DNA of 64,000 nucleotides, taken from contig CAWGLD010000005.1 of the NCBI GenBank assembly GCA_963823335.1, forward strand, positions 366,091 to 430,090. Reading direction: 5' to 3'. Below the pieces are notes generated by a model, which did not search any database, was not told the DNA's origin, and worked only from the letters and a program-made list of their open reading frames with translations. Origin of the DNA: an uncultured delta proteobacterium. GTDB taxonomy: Bacteria > Desulfobacterota > Desulfobacteria > Desulfobacterales > B30-G6. Positions 17,344 to 26,256 of this stretch are shown here, one piece after another (position 1 is the first letter of the stretch; every line of letters starts with the position of its first letter). The position numbers and the translations under genes are program-made.

Positions 17344-18555
17344 TCAACTGGTCGGGTACTTATCGGAAAGCCAATCGGTCAGTTGTCTGACGCTGGTGAT
17401 GTTATTTGAAATCAGAATATCGACGATGTCGATACCGGCGATACATACTAGCGGATGATTCTGCTTTCTGATTGCTTCATATGCATGCTGTGTTATGACA
17501 GACGTCGTCACCAGTACGCCAAACTGCTGGTCTTCCAACCGGGAGAGCATCTTAGATATTTCCTTTGTGCCGATGGATTTGCGTTTGCGGGTCCCGATAC
17601 CGGGATTATAGCATTTGGCTTCTACGAGAAATCCCAGGTAATTCGGATCGGTATCAATACCCAGTCGAAAATTGCCGGTGATGGCATAGGGTTCGTCAGA
17701 TGAATGACGTCTGACGCGTTCCAGGGAAATCTTTGAATCGGTCAGGGCATAAATATCAGCGGCGAAGTGCAGGAACTTATAGGATGCCGAGGAAAAATAG
17801 CGGTAAAGCTTGACGAGCATGGTTTTGCGAAGTTCATCCTTTGGCAGTTGCATGCCCGATGATCTGACATGCTGGCGATGCTTTGGTTGGAGGGGGCGAT
17901 AAAGTCCACTTTTGAGCCACATCTTCCAGACAATGGGACGGTGCTCCGAATCCTTTCTGCCCGTTTCCAGATCATCGATCCAGGCCCTTTTGATTACCGG
18001 GATGTCCAGAAGCGTGAATGTCGCACGGTAGTTCCAAAAACGCCTGGATTCCACGCGTTTCTGCTTACGGACCAGGTCGCTTGTCGGTTTCAGGCCCGGT
18101 GATCCAGGCGCACCTAGCCCGAGGAATCGAATTGACCGGGGACTGGCCTTGTTGGGATACCTGCTGAAAAGAAAGATCGGGGGAACGTGGCATCTGGGGT
18201 CTATACTGCCGTGCAGACTTTTGAATATTTTTCTGAGGATCAAATTTCCATGCCTGGGTGTGTCATGGATGCCATGTTCAGGGGACCTGTTGTCACCATA
18301 ACAGACAACCGTTCCGGATTCAGGATCGATTGTATCTGCCCATAGCCGGTTGTCGGTGGTGATGGTTATGATGAGGTAGTTCAGGCTTTCCGCAGACCCA
18401 CAATAACGAAAACCGCCCGAATTCCCGCCTTTCAGTAGTCGGGCAAGTGGATCATCGGAAAGATTGCCGGTGTCGCCACCTTCATAAACAGTACCTGCCG
18501 TCAGGTGGACACCTTCCAACTGTGCAAAGGGTATGATCGTCATCTTGCTATTCAT
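17344..18555 (-). CDS. Mrr-type PD-(D/E)XK restriction endonuclease with an N-terminal putative modified-base reader (Type IV-like)
   Basis: C-terminus 'GIDTD...FLVEAKCY...VLVTTS..T..A' fits the Mrr catalytic domain. N-terminus 'GGFRY...YGDNR...H..GNLILRKIF' resembles SRA/PUA-like readers. No methyltransferase is nearby. Confidence 0.65.
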   Translation of the reverse strand: MNSKMTIIPFAQLEGVHLTAGTVYEGGDTGNLSDDPLARLLKGGNSGGFRYCGSAESLNYLIITITTDNRLWADTIDPESGTVVCYGDNRSPEHGIHDTPRHGNLILRKIFKSLHGSIDPRCHVPPIFLFSRYPNKASPRSIRFLGLGAPGSPGLKPTSDLVRKQKRVESRRFWNYRATFTLLDIPVIKRAWIDDLETGRKDSEHRPIVWKMWLKSGLYRPLQPKHRQHVRSSGMQLPKDELRKTMLVKLYRYFSSASYKFLHFAADIYALTDSKISLERVRRHSSDEPYAITGNFRLGIDTDPNYLGFLVEAKCYNPGIGTRKRKSIGTKEISKMLSRLEDQQFGVLVTTSVITQHAYEAIRKQNHPLVCIAGIDIVDILISNNITSVRQLTDWLSDKYPTS

Positions 18556-18556
18556 T

Positions 18557-18648
18557 ATTCGGATTTAGAATTTGTTTCAGCCTAATATCTAAAATAATAA
18601 ACCCTTGCAGGATTGTAAACAGAGCCGGGCTCTTTGGCTTCGGGTTTC
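18557..18648. repeat. Family F repeat copy
   Basis: 'attcggatttagaattt...ataaacccttgcaggattg..cagagccgggctctttgg' aligns with 12218-12326. Confidence 0.75.
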
Positions 18649-18982
18649 TATTTTCTTAATCGACTGTCCAGAAGGCAAATCAGCATGAAAGGAAGTTCAT
18701 AGACAAATTCTATGATAAACCCCAATATGGGCGTGATCAGAAGGGCGGGCAGCTTGAAAAAGATGAAAAAAACCTGGGATTCTGTCCTTCTGTCAGTAAC
18801 GCTTGATCGCTTGACTTTCATGGTGGCTTCATCCGTTTGTCTGCAAGAAATTGCTGCACATATAGCATAATTACAATCGAGAATCCATACCGGTTCGCAA
18901 TTGATGGACAATTAAATCAAAAAGCAGTATAGTTAAAAAAAATGGGTATACGATCTTATTGGGAATCGGGTTTGACAGGACA

Positions 18983-19906
18983 ATGGATCAGAAGCTTCAA
19001 GTAGATATCGGCGGGGGACTCCTGCTCAAGAACCCGGTGATGACGGCATCGGGAACATTCGGTTACGGTAGTGAGTATACTGAATTCGTCGATCTGAACC
19101 ACCTGGGGGGTATCATTGTCAAGGGCCTGTCATTGAAACCGTCTAAAGGAAACCCACCACCGAGGATCGTGGAAACCCCGGGTGGTATGCTGAATGCAAT
19201 CGGTCTTGAAAACGTCGGTATCGACGCATTCATATCCAAAAAACTAGCCTTCCTGAAAAATTTCCAGACACCGGTCATTACCAATATTTATGGTAGGGAC
19301 ATGGACGAATACGCGGCCCTGGCCCTACGTGTGGAAGAAACAGAGGGGATTGCCGGTGTGGAGGTCAATATTTCCTGCCCCAATGTCAAGCTCGGGGGTA
19401 TCGCCTTTGGTGCCGACCCTGCTTCCGCGCATCGGGTTGTCCAGGCCGTAAGGAAACAAACCAGCAAGCATGTAATGGTGAAACTGTCACCCAATGTTAC
19501 AGATATTGTTGAAATTGCCGGTCGTGTGGCGGATGCCGGTGCGGATTCGCTGTCCTTGATCAACACCCTTACGGGAATGGCCGTGGATATTGATACCTGC
19601 CGGCCGAAACTGGCTAACATTACCGGCGGTCTTTCCGGTCCGGCCATCAAGCCCATCGCCTTGCGCATGGTCTGGCAGGTTGCCCAAAAAGTCAAGATCC
19701 CGGTGATCGGCGTAGGGGGCATCATGACGGCCCAAGATGCCCTGGAATTTCTGATTGTAGGGGCCACGGCAGTCCAGGTGGGGACGGCTAGTTTTGTCAA
19801 TCCCCGTGCGACCATGGAGATCGTGGATGGGTTGGCGTGTTTTGCCGTGCAGAAGAAACTTGACAGTATCATGGACATTGTCGGTGCTCTCAATAAAAAC
19901 ATATAA
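18983..19906 (+). CDS. pyrD: Dihydroorotate dehydrogenase, class 1 catalytic subunit
   Basis: 'KNPVMTASGTFGYG', 'GMLNAIGLEN', 'NISCPNVK', 'VKLSPNVTDI', 'ANITGGLSGPAIKP'. Confidence 0.9.
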   Translation: MDQKLQVDIGGGLLLKNPVMTASGTFGYGSEYTEFVDLNHLGGIIVKGLSLKPSKGNPPPRIVETPGGMLNAIGLENVGIDAFISKKLAFLKNFQTPVITNIYGRDMDEYAALALRVEETEGIAGVEVNISCPNVKLGGIAFGADPASAHRVVQAVRKQTSKHVMVKLSPNVTDIVEIAGRVADAGADSLSLINTLTGMAVDIDTCRPKLANITGGLSGPAIKPIALRMVWQVAQKVKIPVIGVGGIMTAQDALEFLIVGATAVQVGTASFVNPRATMEIVDGLACFAVQKKLDSIMDIVGALNKNI

Positions 19907-19929
19907 AATGTTAAGGAAAGGATGCAAAG

Positions 19930-20367
19930 ATGAAACGATTCTTGTTCTGGTTGATCTGTTTGCTGCTGGTAATCGGGGGAAGGGCTATGGCAGAAGAGGC
20001 CGATGCCATTGTCGGGGAGTGGTACACTGAAGAGAGCAAGGCGCTGGTGGAGATTTACAAAGCCGACGAGGTTTACAACGGCAAAATTGTCTGGCTCAAG
20101 GAACCCAAAAACGAGGATGGTTCTGAAAAACTGGACACCAACAATCCTGACGAGTCCAAACAGGGCAACCCCATCATTGGGTTAAACCTGGTGAACGGGT
20201 TTGTCTACCAGGGCAAGAACAAGTGGGCAGACGGGACGATTTATGATCCCGACAACGGCAAGACCTATTCCTGTAAAATGACATTGAATGAAGACAATAC
20301 CCTGAAAGTGCGAGGGTTTATCGGCATATCCCTGATCGGAAGAACTCAGGTGTGGGTAAGCAAATAA
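19930..20367 (+). CDS. DUF2147 domain-containing secreted protein
   Basis: Signal peptide. 'GEWYTE..', 'YNGKIVWLKEP', 'DTNNPD', 'G.IYDPDNGKTYSCKM' are typical of DUF2147. Confidence 0.75.
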   Translation: MKRFLFWLICLLLVIGGRAMAEEADAIVGEWYTEESKALVEIYKADEVYNGKIVWLKEPKNEDGSEKLDTNNPDESKQGNPIIGLNLVNGFVYQGKNKWADGTIYDPDNGKTYSCKMTLNEDNTLKVRGFIGISLIGRTQVWVSK

Positions 20368-20388
20368 ATTCGCTGCGCGAATTTATTT
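20362..20388. repeat. AT-rich hairpin AAATAAATTCGC-tgc-GCGAATTTATTT containing the stop codon of the DUF2147 gene (family G, single-hairpin form)
   Basis: Perfect 12-bp stem read directly. Near-identical to 58804-58826. Confidence 0.8.
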
Positions 20389-20389
20389 G

Positions 20390-20440
20390 CGTGATATCGT
20401 GATAAACGATCTTTATTTTTTTTACTTTATCCGGGTTAGG
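20390..20440. repeat. Family D tail copy ('CGTGATAAACGATCTTTATTTTTTTTACTTTATCCGGGTTAGG')
   Basis: Aligns with the tails at 56558, 60430 and 30700. Confidence 0.7.
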
Positions 20441-20488
20441 ATGAAGATAATTTGGTTTGCAACGCAAAAATGTTAAAAGGAGCACATC

Positions 20489-21070
20489 ATGATGAAAAGA
20501 ATTTTGGTTCTGCTGACAATGCTGGTATTTATGGTGGGGACGTGGTCCGTGGGTTTTGCAGGGGACATGGAAATCCTGGGAGTGACCTTTCCGGGAGAAA
20601 AGGTGATCGAGGGTAAAACACTGATACTGAACGGGGTTGCCTACCGTAAGGCACTCGTGGTGGTCAAGGTGTTTGTCCAAGGTCTCTATCTGGAAAAACC
20701 AACCCAGGATGCGGATGAAGTGATCAACTCCGAGCAGGTGAAACACCTGGTGACGCACTATCTCACCAACAAAGCAACTGCTGAAAAACTACAGGAAGGG
20801 GTACTGGAAGCCATGGGAGCGTGCAATCCTCCGGAACTGGTTGCTGATCACCAAGCCGATATCGATCGCTATGTGTCCTGGATGGACAAGGACATGGCAC
20901 CTGGTTTGACAGCCGAATCGACCTATGTGCCGGACAAAGGTTTCATGTACACCTACCAGGGTGTAATGAAGGGTACGATTCCCGGCTCTGAATTCATGAA
21001 GATGTATTACCGTACGAATGTAGGGGAAAATGCTCAGGAACGGGTCCGGAAGGGGTTGCTGGGACTCTAG
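20489..21070 (+). CDS. Chalcone-isomerase-like family protein (secreted)
   Basis: Signal peptide. 'L.LNGVAYRKALVV.KV.V.GLYLEKP' is the pattern of bacterial chalcone_isomerase-like proteins. Confidence 0.65.
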   Translation: MMKRILVLLTMLVFMVGTWSVGFAGDMEILGVTFPGEKVIEGKTLILNGVAYRKALVVVKVFVQGLYLEKPTQDADEVINSEQVKHLVTHYLTNKATAEKLQEGVLEAMGACNPPELVADHQADIDRYVSWMDKDMAPGLTAESTYVPDKGFMYTYQGVMKGTIPGSEFMKMYYRTNVGENAQERVRKGLLGL

Positions 21071-21078
21071 ATCAGCTC

Positions 21079-21153
21079 GTTAGGCTGAAGACCGTTAGGC
21101 ATTTAGGCGCCTACAGTCTTCAGTCTAATAGCCTAATAGCCTAAAAGGCTATA
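21079..21153. repeat. Family A hairpin repeat ('TAGGCTG/TAGACTG' ... 'CAGTCTA/AGCCTA' words)
   Basis: 'taggctgaagac' (21081-92) pairs with 'gtcttcagtcta' (21116-27), 11 of 12. Confidence 0.75.
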
Positions 21154-22687
21154 GCGACTGCGATGTCTTAACCGGATTCTCTTTCAAATACTCTAATCTG
21201 TTCAATCCATTGATATAGGCTTTGGCGCTGGCGATGATGATGTCGGCATCCGACCCCCTGCCAAGCGCTACTAAACCGTTCTCCCTCAACCGCACGGTAA
21301 CCTCTCCCAGTGCATCCGTGCCACCCGTCAAGGCGCTGACCGAAAATCTGCGCAGTTCAGATGCGGTGCCTGTGAGCTTGGCGATGGTATTGAATGCGGA
21401 GTCGATGGGTCCGTTGCCATAGCCTGCGCCTGTAATGGATCGGCCGTTGATGGACAGTTTGACACTGGCCATGGGTATGATGGTGGTGCCGCTGTTGACA
21501 TGCAGGTACTCCAGTTTGAAAACCTGTTCAGTGCGCAGGATTTCTTCTGTGACCAGCGCTTCAAGATCCTCATCCACTACGTGTTTCTTTTTGTCGGCCA
21601 ACTCCTTGAACAGCTGAAACACGGTTTCCAGTTCTGATTCCGAAAGCTCGTATCCCAGTTCTTTCAGGTGGGTGTAAAGGGCGTGCCTGCCTGAGTGCTT
21701 GCCAAGAACCAGGCGATTTTTGCTGAGTCCGATGGTTTCCGGTTTCATGATCTCATATGTCATACGGTTCTTGAGAACCCCATCCTGATGGATGCCTGCT
21801 TCATGGGCAAAGGCATTGGCGCCCACGATGGCCTTGTTTGGTTGCACGTTCATACCGCTGATCATGCTTACCAGGCGGCTGGTGGGATAGATCAGTTCGG
21901 TTTTGATACCGGTGGACAATGCATAGAAATTGGGCCGCGTTCTGATGGCCATGACAACTTCCTCGAGGGACGTGTTGCCGGCTCTTTCACCGATTCCGTT
22001 GATGGTGACTTCAGCCTGACGAGCTCCCGCATTGATAGCGGCCAGTGTGTTGGCGGTTGCCAGGCCCAGGTCGTCGTGGCAGTGCACACTGAAAGTGGCG
22101 TTGTGGATATTGGGCGTGTGGCCCATGGTATACGTGACCAGGTCTGCAAACTCATCCGGAACTGCATACCCGACCGTGTCCGGCAGGTTCACAGTGCTGG
22201 CGCCTGCTCCGATGCAAGCTTCGAAGACCTTGCAGAGATAGTCACGGTCGCTGCGGGAGCCGTCCTCGGCCGAAAACTCGATGTTGTCTGTGAGTGTTCT
22301 GGCGTAGGTGATGGCCTCTACGGCGGACTGAACGACCTGATCCCGGGTCATGCGCAGTTTATATTCCAGGTGGATATCGGATGTGGCGATGAAAATATGG
22401 AGTCTGGGCTTGGCTGAGTGCTTGATGGCTTGCCAGGCACGATCGATGTCATCCTTGGAAGTGCGCGCCAGAGCTGCGACTTCCACTTTTTTGAGCCGCC
22501 CGGCAATGGCTGAAACAGCTTCGAAATCACCTTCCGATGCCGCCGGAAATCCGGCCTCCAATATGTCGACACCGAGATTTTCCAGCTGGACCGCCAGACG
22601 CAGTTTTTCGCCAGTATTCATGCTTGCTCCGGGGGATTGCTCTCCGTCGCGCAGGGTTGTGTCAAATATTTTAATGATGTCGGTCAT
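21149..22687 (-). CDS. leuA: 2-isopropylmalate synthase
   Basis: 'IFDTTLRDGEQSPG', 'HCHDDLGLATAN', C-terminal LeuA dimerisation/regulatory domain. Length 512 aa. Confidence 0.92.
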   Translation of the reverse strand: MTDIIKIFDTTLRDGEQSPGASMNTGEKLRLAVQLENLGVDILEAGFPAASEGDFEAVSAIAGRLKKVEVAALARTSKDDIDRAWQAIKHSAKPRLHIFIATSDIHLEYKLRMTRDQVVQSAVEAITYARTLTDNIEFSAEDGSRSDRDYLCKVFEACIGAGASTVNLPDTVGYAVPDEFADLVTYTMGHTPNIHNATFSVHCHDDLGLATANTLAAINAGARQAEVTINGIGERAGNTSLEEVVMAIRTRPNFYALSTGIKTELIYPTSRLVSMISGMNVQPNKAIVGANAFAHEAGIHQDGVLKNRMTYEIMKPETIGLSKNRLVLGKHSGRHALYTHLKELGYELSESELETVFQLFKELADKKKHVVDEDLEALVTEEILRTEQVFKLEYLHVNSGTTIIPMASVKLSINGRSITGAGYGNGPIDSAFNTIAKLTGTASELRRFSVSALTGGTDALGEVTVRLRENGLVALGRGSDADIIIASAKAYINGLNRLEYLKENPVKTSQSL

Positions 22688-22726
22688 GGGTCATCTCCTG
22701 TCCCGGACAAGCCGGAAGAGTTGTTT

Positions 22727-22780
22727 AACACGAAAACACAAAAGTACGAAATCACGAAAAGAAGCATAAAAAAATTCGTG
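22727..22780. repeat. Family D element, partial (left-arm 'CACGAAA' words)
   Basis: 'aacacgaaaacacaaaagtacgaaatcacgaaaag...attcgtg'. Confidence 0.7.
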
Positions 22781-22851
22781 GAGGGTAGACCGCAGGTGCG
22801 GGCATCGGGCCTTTCCTGCGGTGGAGATTCCTTTTTCAGGGAATGCGGGTC

Positions 22852-24465
22852 TCATGGTGCTTTCCTGATCTTTTCTTCATAGGCCAGCTTATATTGAAAA
22901 CTGTCCGCAAGTGCCTGCCAGCTGGCTTCAATGATATCTTCGGATACACCAATGGTGCTCCACAGGTGATCCTGATCCCTGGATTCGATGAGAACACGTA
23001 CCTTTGCGGCGGTACCGACCCGACCGTCAATGACGCGAACCTTAAAATCTACCAGCTGCATCATATCTAGATCCGGATAGAATTTGTCGAGAGCTTTTCG
23101 CAGGGCATTGTCGAGAGCACTGACCGGTCCATAACCCTCTGCTGCCGTAATTTCCTGGTTTCCATCGACGGAAATCTTGATCGTGGCACGAGCGCTGCAG
23201 GGCTGATCCTTGTCTTTTTCAATGGTCACCCGGAACGATTCCAGGTCAAACAGGGGGGTAAACTGTTCGGTCAATTTTTCGGCTAAAATCTTAAAAGACC
23301 CGTCGGCCACATCGAACTGATAACCATCCTGCTCAAGTTCCTTTATCCGGGAAACAATGCGCTTGCTGTCAAAACCGTTGCCGCCCAGTTTGACACCAAA
23401 CTCGGCCGCCTTGTATTCGATGTTGCTCTTGCCCGAAAGATCGGAGACAAGTACCCGCTGGGTATTTCCCACCAGCTCCGGGCGCATGTGTTCATAGGCC
23501 CTGGGCATTTTCATGATGGCGTTTACATGAATCCCGCCCTTGTGCGCAAAAGCGCTTTTTCCCACAAAGGGTCTGGAATTCAAGGGAACGAGGTTGGCTG
23601 TTTCAGACACGTAGCCGGACAGGGAGCGCAACTGGGAAAGGTTTTCCCTGGGGATGCAGCGGATACCCATTTTCTCGCTGAGAATTGGTATGATGGACGT
23701 GAGGTCGGCATTCCCACAACGTTCACCATAACCGTTGATGGTACCCTGCACCATGGTCAGGCCTGAGCGGACGGCCGTAATTGAATTGGCCACTCCGAGC
23801 CCGCAATCGTTATGGGCGTGGATACCGAATTTCGGTTTCAAGGCATCAGCAAAAAGTACACTGTCTGTCTCGATTTGCTCGAATATTTCCTGAATAATGC
23901 TTTCGACCTCGAAGGGCAGGGTCCCGCCGTTCGTATCACAAAGAACGATAACGTCAGCGCCGGCCTTTATGGCTGCTGAGATTGTCAGATAGGTATATTC
24001 CTTGTTTTCTTTGAAGCCGTCAAAAAAATGTTCGGCATCGTAGATGACTTCTTTGTGATTGCTTTTGAGATACTCGATTGACTCGGATATCATGGCCAAA
24101 TTTTCAGAAAGCGTATTCTCCATGACCTTTTCCACATGGAAATCCCAGGATTTCCCAAAGATGGTCATCACCGGGGAATGGGTTTCAAGCAATGCCTTCA
24201 GGTTTGCATCGTCTTCGGGTGAGATACCGGGTTTGCGCGTAGCACCGAAGGCTGCCAATCGGGCCTGTTTGAATTTGACTCTTCTGGCCATGTCAAAAAA
24301 CTGGATATCCTTTGGGTTGGAACCCGGCCATCCGCCTTCGATATAGTGAATGCCCATTTTGTCCAGACGCTCAGCTATCTTGACTTTTTCGTCGGCCGAA
24401 AAACTGATGTTTTCTCCCTGTGTTCCATCCCTCAGGGTTGTGTCATATAAAGAAATCGGTTCCAT
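22852..24465 (-). CDS. cimA: (R)-citramalate synthase
   Basis: 'LYDTTLRDGTQGENISFS', 'GGWPGSNPKD', 537-aa long form with a C-terminal LeuA_dimer-like domain. Distinct from the adjacent leuA. Confidence 0.85.
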   Translation of the reverse strand: MEPISLYDTTLRDGTQGENISFSADEKVKIAERLDKMGIHYIEGGWPGSNPKDIQFFDMARRVKFKQARLAAFGATRKPGISPEDDANLKALLETHSPVMTIFGKSWDFHVEKVMENTLSENLAMISESIEYLKSNHKEVIYDAEHFFDGFKENKEYTYLTISAAIKAGADVIVLCDTNGGTLPFEVESIIQEIFEQIETDSVLFADALKPKFGIHAHNDCGLGVANSITAVRSGLTMVQGTINGYGERCGNADLTSIIPILSEKMGIRCIPRENLSQLRSLSGYVSETANLVPLNSRPFVGKSAFAHKGGIHVNAIMKMPRAYEHMRPELVGNTQRVLVSDLSGKSNIEYKAAEFGVKLGGNGFDSKRIVSRIKELEQDGYQFDVADGSFKILAEKLTEQFTPLFDLESFRVTIEKDKDQPCSARATIKISVDGNQEITAAEGYGPVSALDNALRKALDKFYPDLDMMQLVDFKVRVIDGRVGTAAKVRVLIESRDQDHLWSTIGVSEDIIEASWQALADSFQYKLAYEEKIRKAP

Positions 24466-24476
24466 TGGATTCTTCC

Positions 24477-25535
24477 CTATTTGGAAAATTCACGGTTTTC
24501 AGGTCTTAGCGAGCGAACAGCCGCACCGGCTTGCCACATTTCGGAATTCTTGATTACATCGAGTTCTTCCTGGAGTTTTTCCCGGTAGTCGGGCTGACTG
24601 TTTTTGTCGAGAGTCCTTGCAACTTCTTTCCCGGAAACAACGCTTTGGTACAATTCTGTAAAAACAGGTGCCACTGCATCACGGAATTTGGGGGCCCAAT
24701 CGAGGGCGCCTCTCTGGGCTGTGGTGCTGCAGTTGGCAAACATCCAGTCCATACCATTTTCAGCTACAAGGCGGATAAGGCTTTGGGTCAGTTCCTCAAC
24801 GGTTTCATTGAAAGCCTCGCTGGGGCTGTGTCCATTTTTCCGCAGGATGTGGTATTGTGCTTCCATGACGCCTGCAAGACACCCCATGAGCACACCACGC
24901 TCACCGGTGAGATCGCTGTAAACTTCATTCTGAAAAGTGGTGGGGAACAGGTAGCCGGATCCGATGGCGATGCCGGTTGCAAGGGCCCGGTCTGTGGCTT
25001 TCCCTGTAAAGTCCTGGTGGACGGCATAACTCGAGTTGATGCCGCTTCCTTCCAGAAAATTGGCACGTACACTCCTTCCGGAACCCTTGGGAGCTACCAG
25101 GATAACATCCACGTTTTTGGGAGGAATGATGCTTGTCTGGTCTTTGAAAGCGATGGAAAACCCATGAGAAAAATAAAGAGCATCCCCTTCATTCAGGCCT
25201 TTTTTAACCATGGGCCAGGTGGATACCTGCCCGGCATCGGAGAGCAGAAACTGTACCAATGTGGCGCGTTGGGCTGCCTCCTCAATGGGAAAAAGGGTTT
25301 CACCAGGGACAAAACCATCGGATACGGCACGGTCCCAGGAGGATGTTCCCTGGCGCTGCCCGATGATTACCTTCAGCCCATTATCTCTCATATTCATTGC
25401 CTGCCCTGGTCCTTGCACACCATATCCCAGGACTGCGATGGTTTCATTTTTAAGAATATTTCTTGCCTTTTCCAGGGTAAATTCTTCCGAAGTGATGACA
25501 TTTTCTTCAACACCGCCAAAATTGATTGTTGCCAT
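24477..25535 (-). CDS. ilvC: Ketol-acid reductoisomerase
   Basis: 'IAVLGYGVQGPGQAMNMRDNG' NADP site, 'HGFSI', and the rest of the IlvC pattern. Confidence 0.92.
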   Translation of the reverse strand: MATINFGGVEENVITSEEFTLEKARNILKNETIAVLGYGVQGPGQAMNMRDNGLKVIIGQRQGTSSWDRAVSDGFVPGETLFPIEEAAQRATLVQFLLSDAGQVSTWPMVKKGLNEGDALYFSHGFSIAFKDQTSIIPPKNVDVILVAPKGSGRSVRANFLEGSGINSSYAVHQDFTGKATDRALATGIAIGSGYLFPTTFQNEVYSDLTGERGVLMGCLAGVMEAQYHILRKNGHSPSEAFNETVEELTQSLIRLVAENGMDWMFANCSTTAQRGALDWAPKFRDAVAPVFTELYQSVVSGKEVARTLDKNSQPDYREKLQEELDVIKNSEMWQAGAAVRSLRPENREFSK

Positions 25536-25654
25536 GAATGACTCCTTTATAAATAGTTATTAGTGTTCGTTAAGTTTATTGGGTTTATCGAGTATATTGA
25601 GTTCATAATGATAAGCAGGCTTGAATGCTATACTGCTTTTCGCTTTGGCTGCCA

Positions 25655-25690
25655 GCAACCCTCGTATCACCCTCGGACCCTTGAACCCTG
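25655..25690. repeat. Family C repeat fragment
   Basis: 'gcaaccctcgtatcaccctcggacccttgaaccctg'. Confidence 0.6.
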
Positions 25691-25695
25691 CTCTA

Positions 25696-26184
25696 TTAAT
25701 TCGGCTCCCTGAACAGCGCCAGCGCTCCTGTCCTGGCAATTTTCTTGATCCCCATTGGCTTTAAAAGGCTGATGAAGGCATTGATTTTATCTTCGTTTCC
25801 GGAGACTTCGATAATGTAGTGCTCCAGGCCGGTGTCCACCACTTTACACCGGAAAATGCTGACGATTCGCAGAATTTCGGCACGATTTTCAGGTTTGGCC
25901 TTCACACAAATCAGTGCCATCTCACGTTTGACGGCATTTTTTCCGGAAAGATCCCTGAGCTTGATAACATTGATCAGTTTTCTGAGCTGCTTTTCGATCT
26001 GTTCGATCTCAGGCAGGTTTGCATTGGTCACCAGTGTGATTCTGGATACCAGTGGATCGATGGTGGGTGCCACCACCAGGCTTTCGATATTGTATCCCCT
26101 GGCGCTGAAAAGCCCGACGACTCTCGATAAGACACCGGGTTCATTGTCCACCAGCATGGTCAGGATATGCTTTTCTTCATTCAT
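25696..26184 (-). CDS. ilvN: Acetolactate synthase small (regulatory) subunit
   Basis: ACT domain 'HILTMLVDNEPGVLSRVVGLFSARGYNIESL'. Length 162 aa. Confidence 0.92.
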   Translation of the reverse strand: MNEEKHILTMLVDNEPGVLSRVVGLFSARGYNIESLVVAPTIDPLVSRITLVTNANLPEIEQIEKQLRKLINVIKLRDLSGKNAVKREMALICVKAKPENRAEILRIVSIFRCKVVDTGLEHYIIEVSGNEDKINAFISLLKPMGIKKIARTGALALFREPN

Positions 26185-26213
26185 GTGTTAGATCCTTTAT
26201 CCCTTGGTATGTA

Positions 26214-26256
26214 AGCGACAACGTCGCGTCAGATAAAATTGGGCAACAATTTTATT
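26214..26256. repeat. Family G double-hairpin element (GCGACAACGTCGC + ATAAAATTG-ggcaa-CAATTTTAT) in the ilvB-ilvN spacer
   Basis: Read directly. Same architecture as 54522-54565 and 63601-63643. The right arm overlaps the ilvB stop codon. Confidence 0.8.

Noticed and set aside
18648-18911. 87-aa ORF (hydrophobic C-terminal half) upstream of the Mrr-type endonuclease
   Set aside because: No convincing SD for either possible start and no motif. It could be a small membrane protein partnered with the endonuclease, but the evidence is too thin to call.
24531-25541. 336-aa ORF on the plus strand
   Set aside because: Antisense to ilvC, whose identity is clear. Shadow ORF.
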